A stretch of 64,000 bases of DNA, taken from the IMG/VR virus record IMGVR_UViG_2903506739_000001, positions 3,696-67,695 of that record. One strand, written 5' to 3'. The notes under the pieces are model-generated. The model was not told the DNA's origin. It worked only from the letters and a program-made list of their open reading frames with translations, and made no database searches. This document shows positions 1 through 8,489 of the stretch, piece by piece (position 1 is the stretch's first letter; every line of letters starts with the position of its first letter). Position numbers and translations under genes: made by a program. The stretch comes from a virus.

Positions 1-53
1 ACATCGTCGGCGGCGCCTTCACGCTGAACGCCAAGCCGCTGACAAAGCTTGTC

Positions 54-1514
54 ATGGGCAAGGACGACCCGACCTGGGAAGGTGAATTCCAGGAAGAGGT
101 CGAGGCCAAATTCACCCTTTGGGCAGAGTCGACCGACAACTGGTCTGATGCCGCGCGCCGCATGAGCCTGACGCAAATGGTGCGCCAGGCGGTTGGTTCC
201 TACGTCGCGACAGGCGAAGTGCTCGCAGTGGCCGAATGGGCGCGCGAGGACGCCTTCATGCGTCCATTCAACACCGCTATCCGCATGATCGACCTCGATC
301 GCCTGTCGACGCCGTTCGACAAGGCAAGCGACCGTACCGTTATCGGCGGCGTGCAGGTCGACGGGCGCCACATCCCGCAGGGCTACTTCATTCGTAAAGC
401 GCACCCGACCGACTACATGTCGCCGGACGCCTACCAATGGGAGTATGTGCCGCGCACCAAGCCGTGGGGTCGCGTACAGGCGATCCACATGTACGAGCAG
501 GTCCGCCCGTATCAAACGCGCGGCATCTCGGACATCGTCGCTGGTCTCAAGGAAATTCGGCAGACCAAGGTTTTCCGCGAAACCGTGCTGCAGAACGCGG
601 TGGTCAACGCCACCTATGCCGCGTCGATCGAGTCCGATCTCGACACGAATGCGATTTTCCAGCGCCTCGGCGGCGGCAATCTCGGCGAGGACGAATTCGA
701 CGAGGCCGTTTCGAACTACATCGGCGGCTATCTCGGCGCCGTGTCCAAGTACATCGGCGCCTCGAACCAGTTCCAGATCGGCGGTGTGCGCATTCCGCAT
801 CTGCCGCCAGGCTCGAAGCTGCAAATGCGTCCGGCCGGCAAGGGCGGGCCGCTCGGCAACGAGTTCGAGCAGTCGTTGCTGCGCTATATCGCGGCCATCC
901 TCGGCATCTCCTACGAGCAGTTGTCGAAAGACGTCTCGAAGACGAACTATTCGTCGTACCGCGCCGCCATGGGCGAGACGTGGAAGTTCATGCAGTCGCG
1001 CAAGTCGCTGGTTGCCGACCGCTTCGCCACGATCATCTTTCGCCTCTGGCTCGAGGAAGCGCTGAACAAGGCGACCATTGAATCCATGCCGCGGGCGATG
1101 CGCAATCCGTCGAACATGGACTGGCTCTACAAGCCGCAGATGCTCGACGCGATCTCGCAGTGCGACTGGATTGGCGCCAGCAGAGGCCAGGTCGACGAGC
1201 TCAAGGAAACGCAGGCTGCCGTTTTGCGCGGCAAGTTCAACCTCACCACGGACGAGGATGAGCTTGGTCGGCTCGGCAAGGACTGGCGCCGGGTCTATCG
1301 CCAACGCGAACGCGAGAAGAAGCTTCGCAAGGATCTCGATATCGAGACCGCCGACGAAGCGGCTGCCAACAACATGATGAATGCCGCCTCGGGCACGCCT
1401 AAGGATAAGACCAAGGGCAACAACGACAAGAAGGCCGCCGACAACAACGCGGACGGCACCGGCACGCTCGAAAATCTGTACATGGATGCCATTGAGGAGC
1501 GTGAAGATGCCTAG
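54..1514 (+). CDS. phage portal protein (lambda gpB-like family); reading frame stays open upstream to the window edge, so it may be 5'-partial
   Basis: 486 aa ORF at the head of a portal-protease-decoration-capsid gene order. Size and composition are typical of lambda-family portals. Frame 3 has no stop between position 3 and the ATG at 54. Confidence 0.75.
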   Translation: MGKDDPTWEGEFQEEVEAKFTLWAESTDNWSDAARRMSLTQMVRQAVGSYVATGEVLAVAEWAREDAFMRPFNTAIRMIDLDRLSTPFDKASDRTVIGGVQVDGRHIPQGYFIRKAHPTDYMSPDAYQWEYVPRTKPWGRVQAIHMYEQVRPYQTRGISDIVAGLKEIRQTKVFRETVLQNAVVNATYAASIESDLDTNAIFQRLGGGNLGEDEFDEAVSNYIGGYLGAVSKYIGASNQFQIGGVRIPHLPPGSKLQMRPAGKGGPLGNEFEQSLLRYIAAILGISYEQLSKDVSKTNYSSYRAAMGETWKFMQSRKSLVADRFATIIFRLWLEEALNKATIESMPRAMRNPSNMDWLYKPQMLDAISQCDWIGASRGQVDELKETQAAVLRGKFNLTTDEDELGRLGKDWRRVYRQREREKKLRKDLDIETADEAAANNMMNAASGTPKDKTKGNNDKKAADNNADGTGTLENLYMDAIEEREDA

Positions 1515-2799
1515 CGCCCTGCTCGCCAGCCTTCACCTTCAGCAGGTGCTAGTGCGCGGTGAATCCGCCGCACTTATCGAAGCCAGCCTCGCGAAGACTG
1601 AGACCTTCATGTCACGCGTCGAGACGGCGAGCGACCAGCCGCGGATGATGGAAGGCAGCGATTTCTGGTTCTCCTCCGACGACTGGCGCTCGCGGTATCG
1701 TCCTTACAACGTTGTTGACGGCGTGTTGCAGATTCCGGTCAAGGGTGTCCTGCTGCACGATTTCCCTTGGCAGTACGGCGCGTGGGCCACGGGCTACGAA
1801 TATATCTGGCAGGCGTTCAAGCGCGGCCAGGCGGACGGCAATGTGCGCGGTATCGCGCTCGTCGAAGACACACCTGGCGGCATGGTCGCTGGCTGTTTCG
1901 ATCTGGTGGACCGGATCTACGCCACTGAGAATCGCAAGCCGCTGCGCTCGTTCGCCATGGAGTCCGCCTATTCGGCTGGCTACGCGCTTGCCTCTGTCGC
2001 AGACTCCATCACCGTCTCTCGCACTGGCGGCGTCGGCTCGATCGGCGTTGTCACCATGCATGTCGACGTCTCGAAGGCGCTCGACAAGATGGGCTTGAAA
2101 ATCACCTTCATCCACTTCGGCAAGCACAAGGTCGACGGCAACGCCTACGAGCCGCTGCCTGCTGACGTGGAGAAACGCATCCAGGCTCGCATCGACGAGC
2201 TTGGCGAAGTTTTCGTCGCCTCAGTGGCGCGAAATCGCGGCATGGACGCACAGGCAATTCGGGACACCGAGGCCCTTTGTTTCACTGCCACGGAAGCCGT
2301 GTCGAACGGGCTCGCCGATGCAATCGGTTCGCTTGACGACGCCGTGGCCGCATTCGCGGCCGACCTGTCCCTAACCGAAGAGGATGAACAAATGGCTGGA
2401 CAGAATGGAGAGTCGGCAGTCGATCAGGCTGCCATCAACGCCGCCCGCACCGAAGGCTTCAATGCCGGCAAGGCGGAAGGCAAGACCGAGGGCGTGAAGG
2501 AAGGCGCAACTGCCGAGCGCGTCCGCATCACAGCAATCATCGGCTCGGACGAAGGCAAGAAGCGTCCGAAGGCCGCGCTTTCTTTCGCGCTCAAGTCGGA
2601 CATGAACGTCGAGCAGTCGCAGGCCGTTCTCGCCGATCTGGCCGAGGAGAAGGCCGAGGCTCCGCAGGCTGGCGGCAGGTCGCAGTTCGAGCAGGCAATG
2701 GACGGCGGCAAGAACGCCGATCTCGGTACTGCCGGCGAGCAGCCGGTTGTCAGCCGCGCCAAGCGCGCCAACGCCGCCGCGGGCTTCAAGGTCAACTGA
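1507..2799 (+). CDS. prohead protease / scaffold (S49 SppA/ClpP-like peptidase N-domain, Ala/Glu-rich scaffold-like C-domain; lambda gpC-Nu3 analogue)
   Basis: Internal ATG at 1507 (M43 of track ORF 1381..2799) overlaps the portal stop by 8 nt. S49-type motifs are present (GxVRGIAL...DTPGG...SAGY). The gene sits between portal and capsid. Confidence 0.75.
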   Translation: MPSALLASLHLQQVLVRGESAALIEASLAKTETFMSRVETASDQPRMMEGSDFWFSSDDWRSRYRPYNVVDGVLQIPVKGVLLHDFPWQYGAWATGYEYIWQAFKRGQADGNVRGIALVEDTPGGMVAGCFDLVDRIYATENRKPLRSFAMESAYSAGYALASVADSITVSRTGGVGSIGVVTMHVDVSKALDKMGLKITFIHFGKHKVDGNAYEPLPADVEKRIQARIDELGEVFVASVARNRGMDAQAIRDTEALCFTATEAVSNGLADAIGSLDDAVAAFAADLSLTEEDEQMAGQNGESAVDQAAINAARTEGFNAGKAEGKTEGVKEGATAERVRITAIIGSDEGKKRPKAALSFALKSDMNVEQSQAVLADLAEEKAEAPQAGGRSQFEQAMDGGKNADLGTAGEQPVVSRAKRANAAAGFKVN

Positions 2800-2866
2800 G
2801 CCCGCGTAGCCGGCGCTGAGCCGGCAAGACCAGAAACGGAATGCCATTTAGCCAAGGAGCAAAACG

Positions 2867-3673
2867 ATGGCTGTGAACCTTCCCTACCAGTCCCAGGATG
2901 CGGGCATTCCGTATCAGTGGTCTGATTCCATCAACCCGGCCGACATCGACCTGTTTTCCGGTGATCTGCCGCCGAAAGTGACGCGCGACTATCAGTACGA
3001 GGTCAGCCAGACGATCCTGGCGCGAACCGTCGTCGGTCTCAATGCCTCGAACAAGATCGTCCCGGCGACGAACTTCTTCCAGGCGGCCAAGGCTGCGACC
3101 GGCGTGCTGACCTTCTCCGGTGTTGGCACCGCGGCCGACACGATCACCATCGGTGCGGGTACCTACACGCTGCGGGCGGCTCCAACCACCGTCGCAAACG
3201 AGGTCAAGATCGGCGCCTCCGCAGCCGAGACCGCCGCCAACCTGGCAGCGGCCATCAACCTCGGTGCCGGCGCTGGCACGCTCTATGGCTCGCTGACCAC
3301 CGAGCATCCGACCGTCATGGCCGAATCGCTCGGCGCCGGCATCGTTGGCATTACCGCCAAGACCCCCGGAACGGCGGGCAACGCGCTTGCCAGCACCGAG
3401 GCCGGCACCAACACGTCGTTCGGTGCTGCCACGCTCACGGGCGGCGAGGACCAGTTCGGCGCGAAGGCGATGGGCGTTTCCGTCATCAAGGTCGTGACCG
3501 ATGCCGACGACACGTCCGGCGCCCCGATCTACATCCAGGGCTGCATCAACCCGGATGCCCTGATCTGGCATGCCTCGTTCGACAGCGACGCCAAGAAGGC
3601 CGTAGCCTTCGACGGTGCCCCGTCTCCCACCAGCATCCTCCTGCGCAAGGTCCAGAATGGGGCGAAGCTCTAG
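2867..3673 (+). CDS. head decoration protein (gpD-like C-terminal domain with Ala/Gly/Thr-rich N-terminal extension)
   Basis: 268 aa ORF between protease/scaffold and major capsid. RBS-like AAGGAG lies upstream. Position matches lambda D; assignment by synteny and composition. Confidence 0.5.
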   Translation: MAVNLPYQSQDAGIPYQWSDSINPADIDLFSGDLPPKVTRDYQYEVSQTILARTVVGLNASNKIVPATNFFQAAKAATGVLTFSGVGTAADTITIGAGTYTLRAAPTTVANEVKIGASAAETAANLAAAINLGAGAGTLYGSLTTEHPTVMAESLGAGIVGITAKTPGTAGNALASTEAGTNTSFGAATLTGGEDQFGAKAMGVSVIKVVTDADDTSGAPIYIQGCINPDALIWHASFDSDAKKAVAFDGAPSPTSILLRKVQNGAKL

Positions 3674-3726
3674 GGCTTCGCTTCCCAACGATCAACCGCA
3701 ACAGCCATTTCGAAAGGACAAGGAAC

Positions 3727-4824
3727 ATGGCAATCGAACTCTGGACGTCCGGAGAACTCTACGAGGTTCTCGAGGATCAGCGCCGCGACCCCATCCCGAG
3801 CTTCTGGCTCGACAGCTTCTTCTCGACGCCTTTCTATTCCGGCGACCGCGAGATCAAATTCGCGGAACTGCCGGCCGCCGACCGCAAGTTGGCACCGTTC
3901 GTCCTGCCCACCGAACAGGGCAAGCCGATCATGAACTACAAGGGCGAGACGGTCACCGCCTTCATGCCCGGCTACGTCAAGGTCAAGGACCCGGTTCGCG
4001 CTGTCGACGCACGCACCATCAAGCCGTCCGAGATCCTGCGCAACGGCGGCACCCCGCCTTCGATCGAGCAGCGTTTCGATGCGCGCGTGGCCGAGGTCAC
4101 CGCCTATCACCGCCGCGCGATCCAGATGCGCAATGCCTACATGGCGGCGCAGGCAGCGATCGATGCCAAGGTAACGGTCAAGTACGACCGCGACCAGGGT
4201 TCGCAGTATCCGGAAGTCACGATCGACTACGGTCGCGATGCCAACCTCAACGTGATGCTCAGCACCACGTTCTGGGACGATGCGGCCTACGACATCATCG
4301 GCGACCTCAACGACTGGTCCAACCTGATGTACACCACCAAGTTCGGTGGCCGGCCGAACCGCATGATCATCGGCGCCGACGTCGTGCCGTGCATCCAGAA
4401 GAACAACGGCATCCGCGCCCTGCTCTCGACGCAGATCCGCGGCGGCGAAGGCACGCAGATGAAGCTCGGCCTGCTCAACGTCGACACCCCGTACTCCTAC
4501 GTTGCCACAATCGGCGGCGTTGGCCAGTCGATCGAGATCTGGACCTATCGCGACCAGGTCGAGGACCGCGACGGCACTCTGGTCGAACTGCTCGATCCGA
4601 AGGACGTGCTGCTGCTCGCCCCCGGCTATCGCGGCGTGCAGGCTTACGGCGCGATCTACAACGCCAAGGCGATGCAGGGCGGCCAGGCGGTGTCGACCGA
4701 CGTCTTCCCGTCGATGTGGCTCGAGAATGATCCGGCCGATTATGTGCTGATGCACGAGTCGGCGCCGCTGCCGGTCAACCTGACGCCCAACAAGGCGCTC
4801 AAGGCGACCGTCCTCGACGGCTAA
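3727..4824 (+). CDS. major capsid protein, lambda gpE family
   Basis: 365 aa ORF with an N-terminus and size typical of phage major capsid E proteins. It sits in the lambda E position after the decoration gene. Confidence 0.8.
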   Translation: MAIELWTSGELYEVLEDQRRDPIPSFWLDSFFSTPFYSGDREIKFAELPAADRKLAPFVLPTEQGKPIMNYKGETVTAFMPGYVKVKDPVRAVDARTIKPSEILRNGGTPPSIEQRFDARVAEVTAYHRRAIQMRNAYMAAQAAIDAKVTVKYDRDQGSQYPEVTIDYGRDANLNVMLSTTFWDDAAYDIIGDLNDWSNLMYTTKFGGRPNRMIIGADVVPCIQKNNGIRALLSTQIRGGEGTQMKLGLLNVDTPYSYVATIGGVGQSIEIWTYRDQVEDRDGTLVELLDPKDVLLLAPGYRGVQAYGAIYNAKAMQGGQAVSTDVFPSMWLENDPADYVLMHESAPLPVNLTPNKALKATVLDG

Positions 4825-4837
4825 GCCTCGGTCTTCC

Positions 4838-4877
4838 GATTCAACCGACAGGGCACGTCATGCTCTGTCGGTTGAAC
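4838..4877 (+). promoter_or_regulatory. perfect 12-13 bp inverted repeat (GATTCAACCGACAG-N13-CTGTCGGTTGAA) immediately after the capsid gene; possible attenuator or RNA-stability hairpin, or a regulator binding site
   Basis: Inverted repeat read directly from the sequence. No U-tract follows. It contains the TTCAACC motif that recurs across the genome. Confidence 0.5.
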
Positions 4878-4950
4878 GGAATTGTGGAATTCAGCCCTGA
4901 TGCAGCGCTGGCTTCCACTATTCTGTTCAACAGCACTCAGGAGATTAGGA

Positions 4951-5364
4951 ATGTCCACTGCAAGCATCGTTGCAATTGCGATCAACCGCATTCATCGCAA
5001 GGGCAAGACACCCGACGTCGTCAACGCCAAGACGGCCTTTCGCTTCGACACCGACGAATATCAGCGGCTCAAGAAGCTCAGCGCCGTCCGTGCAGCGACC
5101 GCCGACGAGATCGCCGCTTACGAAGCCGAGCAGGCGCGGCTCAACGGCGCCGACATTCTCGCGGCACAGGCGGCTCAGGCCGCAGCGGGCAACACGGAAG
5201 CCACGACCGAGAGAAAGCCGGCGAAGGTCGTCGGCAAGAAGGCCGCCAAGCCGGCCGAGCCGGCCGAGCCGGAAAAGACCGAAAAGACCGAAGAGACTGC
5301 CGGCGCTGGTGCCGATGGTGATGGGCACGCCGGGCAGGGCGGCGAGAACGCGGACGACATCTGA
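4951..5364 (+). CDS. head/DNA-packaging accessory protein (lambda FI position); Lys/Ala/Glu-rich C-terminus
   Basis: Internal ATG at 4951 (M24 of track ORF 4882..5364) is preceded by AGGAGATTAGGA. Assigned by position only. Confidence 0.4.
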   Translation: MSTASIVAIAINRIHRKGKTPDVVNAKTAFRFDTDEYQRLKKLSAVRAATADEIAAYEAEQARLNGADILAAQAAQAAAGNTEATTERKPAKVVGKKAAKPAEPAEPEKTEKTEETAGAGADGDGHAGQGGENADDI

Positions 5365-5370
5365 GGCGGC

Positions 5371-5748
5371 ATGCGTTCCCATCGGGACATTAAGCGTCAG
5401 GCGCGCCGGGACCTTCACGACAGAGCGAAGGTCCCGGCGCTCTATATCGAGTCAACGGGTGCCGATCCCGTTCCTGTCACCGTGCGCATTTTCGACAAGT
5501 TCCAGGCGCTCGGGGACATCAAGGGCACCAACCAGCAGTACGCGGAATTCGACGACAACATGCCGCGCATCATCTTCATGCGCGCCGACCTGCCATCGCC
5601 GAAGCGCGGTGCCATCTTCTCGATCGAACCCGGTGAGGCCTACCGCCTGGACAGCGCCATGGCGACAGACGATCTCACCATCACATGGCATGTCGTCAAG
5701 CTTGATGCCGAGGACGCGGACGGCCTGCCAGTGCCGGAGGCGGGCTGA
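5371..5748 (+). CDS. head-tail joining / head completion protein (FII position)
   Basis: 125 aa ORF abutting its upstream and downstream neighbours. Size and position match lambda FII-type adaptors. Confidence 0.4.
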   Translation: MRSHRDIKRQARRDLHDRAKVPALYIESTGADPVPVTVRIFDKFQALGDIKGTNQQYAEFDDNMPRIIFMRADLPSPKRGAIFSIEPGEAYRLDSAMATDDLTITWHVVKLDAEDADGLPVPEAG

Positions 5749-6338
5749 TGGCGAGCGAGATCTACGGTGTCGCCGTCGAGGGCTTGTCGAGCCTCTCGGA
5801 TTTCGATCATCTGCCCGACAACGTGCTCAAGGCCGCGCGCCTGGCCGTCAATGCGACCGCACGCCGCGGCGTGCCTGTGGCGGCGCGCTCGATGGAGCGC
5901 CAGGTCAATTTCCCGCGCGGCTATCTCACCGGCCAGGATGGACGTCTGACGATCAGCAAGTTTGCCTCTGCCAACGACCTCGAGGCCCGCATCAAGGGCC
6001 GTGACCGCCCGACGTCGCTGGTGCGCTTCGTGCGCGGCTCGGCCAAGACTGTTGGCAAGCGCTCTGGCGGCGTCACCGTCGAGGTCAAGCCCGGTCAGGC
6101 CAAGCGCATGCCCGGTGCCTTCGCGCTTCAGTTGAAAAACGGCAACATCGGTCTGGCGCTGAGGACCAAAAGCGGCAGGCCGCCGTCGATGGGCGCCAAG
6201 TTGATCGGCAAGGGTCTGTATCTGCTCTACGGCCCGTCCGTCGACCAGGTTTTCGTGAAGACCAGAGAATATGTCGGCGACGAGCTCGAAACCTACATGG
6301 AACGCGAGTTCGAGCGCCTTGTGGAGCTTGGGCTATGA
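5748..6338 (+). CDS. tail completion protein (Z position)
   Basis: 196 aa ORF whose start overlaps the upstream stop as ATGA. Assigned by synteny only. Confidence 0.35.
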   Translation: MASEIYGVAVEGLSSLSDFDHLPDNVLKAARLAVNATARRGVPVAARSMERQVNFPRGYLTGQDGRLTISKFASANDLEARIKGRDRPTSLVRFVRGSAKTVGKRSGGVTVEVKPGQAKRMPGAFALQLKNGNIGLALRTKSGRPPSMGAKLIGKGLYLLYGPSVDQVFVKTREYVGDELETYMEREFERLVELGL

Positions 6339-6895
6339 GCGATCCGATCATCTATGACGATCCCTTCCGGCTGCGGGTGCAGAAGGCCCTGGCCGCCGCC
6401 ATCGGCAGCGTCAGCATTACCGGTGGCTACCATTTCGATCTGGCCGGCAAGGTGTTTCGCGGACGCGACCTTTTCGGCGACGCGAGCGATCCACTGCCCA
6501 TGGTGTCGATCCTCGAACCCCCGTTGCCGATCGACCAGTTGCGAAGCCCGCCGCTGGCATCGGAATCAAGCGGCGATTGGGACCTGCTCCTCCAGGGTTT
6601 CGTCAAGGACGATCCCGAAAACCCAACCGACCCGGCGCATCTGCTCATGGCCGACGTCAAGCGCCGACTGGCCGTGGAGAAGGCAAGGCTCATCCCCGGC
6701 AGCGCCGGCATGAGCGACCCGTTCGGCATGGGCAGAGGGCAGATCGTCAACGGCAAGGCCGTCAACTCGATCACCGAACTTAAGATTGGCCCTGGCGTCG
6801 TGCGCCCGCCAGAGCTTGGCGTTTCCACAAAGGCGTTCTTCTGGCTCGGCCTCAGCATGAAGATTGTTGAGGACATTTCGCAACCGTTCCTGTAA
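6335..6895 (+). CDS. tail terminator-like protein (U position)
   Basis: 186 aa ORF with a 4-nt overlap to the upstream gene. Assigned by synteny only. Confidence 0.3.
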   Translation: MSDPIIYDDPFRLRVQKALAAAIGSVSITGGYHFDLAGKVFRGRDLFGDASDPLPMVSILEPPLPIDQLRSPPLASESSGDWDLLLQGFVKDDPENPTDPAHLLMADVKRRLAVEKARLIPGSAGMSDPFGMGRGQIVNGKAVNSITELKIGPGVVRPPELGVSTKAFFWLGLSMKIVEDISQPFL

Positions 6896-6940
6896 AAGGG
6901 AATTCAACCGCCTGTGGATCAGGCGTACTAGGAGTGGAAC

Positions 6941-7741
6941 ATGGGAAAGATCACCAAATATACGCTCGGCCGCGGTGAAGTGCATTTCGCGCAGTTCCTG
7001 CCGGACACGCAGACCCCTGGCGGTTACCGCTACCTCGGCAATTCGCCGGAACTCTCGTTCAACGTCGAATCGGATGCGCTGGAGCACTACAACTCCGACC
7101 GCTTCATCAACGAGATGGACGCTTCGATGACGCTCAAGACGACCCGTTCGGGTCAGATCGTCACCGACGAAATCCTCGCCGAAAACCTCGCACTGTTCCT
7201 CTTCGGCAACTCCGACACGACCAGCGTCGCTGGCGGTGCCGTGGTCGACGAAATCATTGAAGGCGTCGTGCTCGATCGCGGTTACACGCTTGGCGTCAGC
7301 GACAACGATCCGATCGGCGTGCTGAAGGTCGCCTATCCGGGCACGGGCGGAACGCTGTTCTCGGTGAAGAATTCGGCCGGCTCCACGACCTACGTTGCTG
7401 GCGACGACTATGTCTGGAACGAGACCTCCGGCCTGCTGACGCCTCTGAGCGGCGGCGACATCACCGAAGGCCAGGACATCAAGGTCGGTTACACCGAGCT
7501 TGCCTACAACTACGAGCGCATCGTCTCGGCCGGCGAGCCGATCGCGGGCGCGCTCAAGTTCATCGCCTACAACCCGGCAGGCCCGTCGCGTAACTGGCTG
7601 CTGCCGTGGGTGCAGGTCAGCCCGAACGGCGACCTGAACATGAAGGGCGACGACTGGCAGAAGCTGCCCTTCAAGTTCCAGATCCTGCGCAAGGGCGCGC
7701 TCGAAGCCATCTACGTCAACGGAACTCCGTTCACGCCCTGA
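6941..7741 (+). CDS. major tail (tube) protein
   Basis: 266 aa ORF preceded by GGAG. It lies directly upstream of the chaperone/tape-measure pair, as expected for a siphovirus major tail gene. Confidence 0.55.
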   Translation: MGKITKYTLGRGEVHFAQFLPDTQTPGGYRYLGNSPELSFNVESDALEHYNSDRFINEMDASMTLKTTRSGQIVTDEILAENLALFLFGNSDTTSVAGGAVVDEIIEGVVLDRGYTLGVSDNDPIGVLKVAYPGTGGTLFSVKNSAGSTTYVAGDDYVWNETSGLLTPLSGGDITEGQDIKVGYTELAYNYERIVSAGEPIAGALKFIAYNPAGPSRNWLLPWVQVSPNGDLNMKGDDWQKLPFKFQILRKGALEAIYVNGTPFTP

Positions 7742-7785
7742 TATTCAACTATGCCCTGACGCATTCTAATGTGAGTTGAACAAAA

Positions 7786-8256
7786 ATGGCCCTGAAGTAT
7801 ACACCACAGAACGGCAGGATCGATTTCGGGGACGACGATTTTATCGAAGTCCGCGGTCTCGACGTCGCCGACATTACCCAACTCTTCGAAGTCAACCAGG
7901 ACATGGTTGCGACGATCTACGACAAGGTCGTCGGCCGCGATCCGAAGTCCTTCACGCAGGATGACGTCACAGCCATCTATGCGGAAATCTCCGTCGCCTT
8001 TCCGGCCGTCGTCAACCACGTCATCGCCATGGCGGCAGACTCGCTCGACCAGTTCGCGATCGTGTCGAGACTGCCGCTGGACGTGAAGATCGCCGCCCTG
8101 GAGAGGATATCCATTCTCACCTTCCAGATGAGCGGTGGCCTGGGAAACTTCTTAGAGATCGTGATGCGCATCGCAGGGAGGGTCCGCGGTCTCGTCAAGA
8201 ATATAAAGGCCCCCCTGCCTTTGGAGAATGGCTCCTCGGACTCCACGGCCAGGTAA
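7786..8256 (+). CDS. tail assembly chaperone (gpG analogue)
   Basis: 156 aa acidic ORF immediately upstream of the tape measure. The -1 frame stays open across its 3' half and beyond. Confidence 0.7.
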   Translation: MALKYTPQNGRIDFGDDDFIEVRGLDVADITQLFEVNQDMVATIYDKVVGRDPKSFTQDDVTAIYAEISVAFPAVVNHVIAMAADSLDQFAIVSRLPLDVKIAALERISILTFQMSGGLGNFLEIVMRIAGRVRGLVKNIKAPLPLENGSSDSTAR

Positions 8257-8489
8257 GCCTTCTCCTCGACCACGGCCACCCTGACGCCCGTGACTACACG
8301 GTCGGAAAGATGTGGCTGGAAAGTCAACTCGTGGTGGACCGGATCAACAACCGGATCGCCACGGAGGCCACGGTGTTCAAGATGGCAATCACGACCGCTG
8401 TGGCCGCGGTCTTCAGCAAGGACGGCGGCTCCTCCGCGAACGAGGCATTCGCCGAACTGATAAGGGGATTGAGCGGCGATGAGTCGTGA
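7786..8489 (+). CDS. tail assembly chaperone GT-type fusion product via programmed -1 ribosomal frameshift (slippery heptamer G_GGA_AAC at ~8142-8148)
   Basis: The -1 frame is open from 7965 to the TGA at 8487-8489 and ends inside the tape-measure start. A canonical X_XXY_YYZ heptamer sits in the zero frame. The -1-frame extension (…DYTVGKMWLESQLVVDRINNRIATEATVFKMAITTAVAAVFSKDGG…) looks protein-like. Confidence 0.55.
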
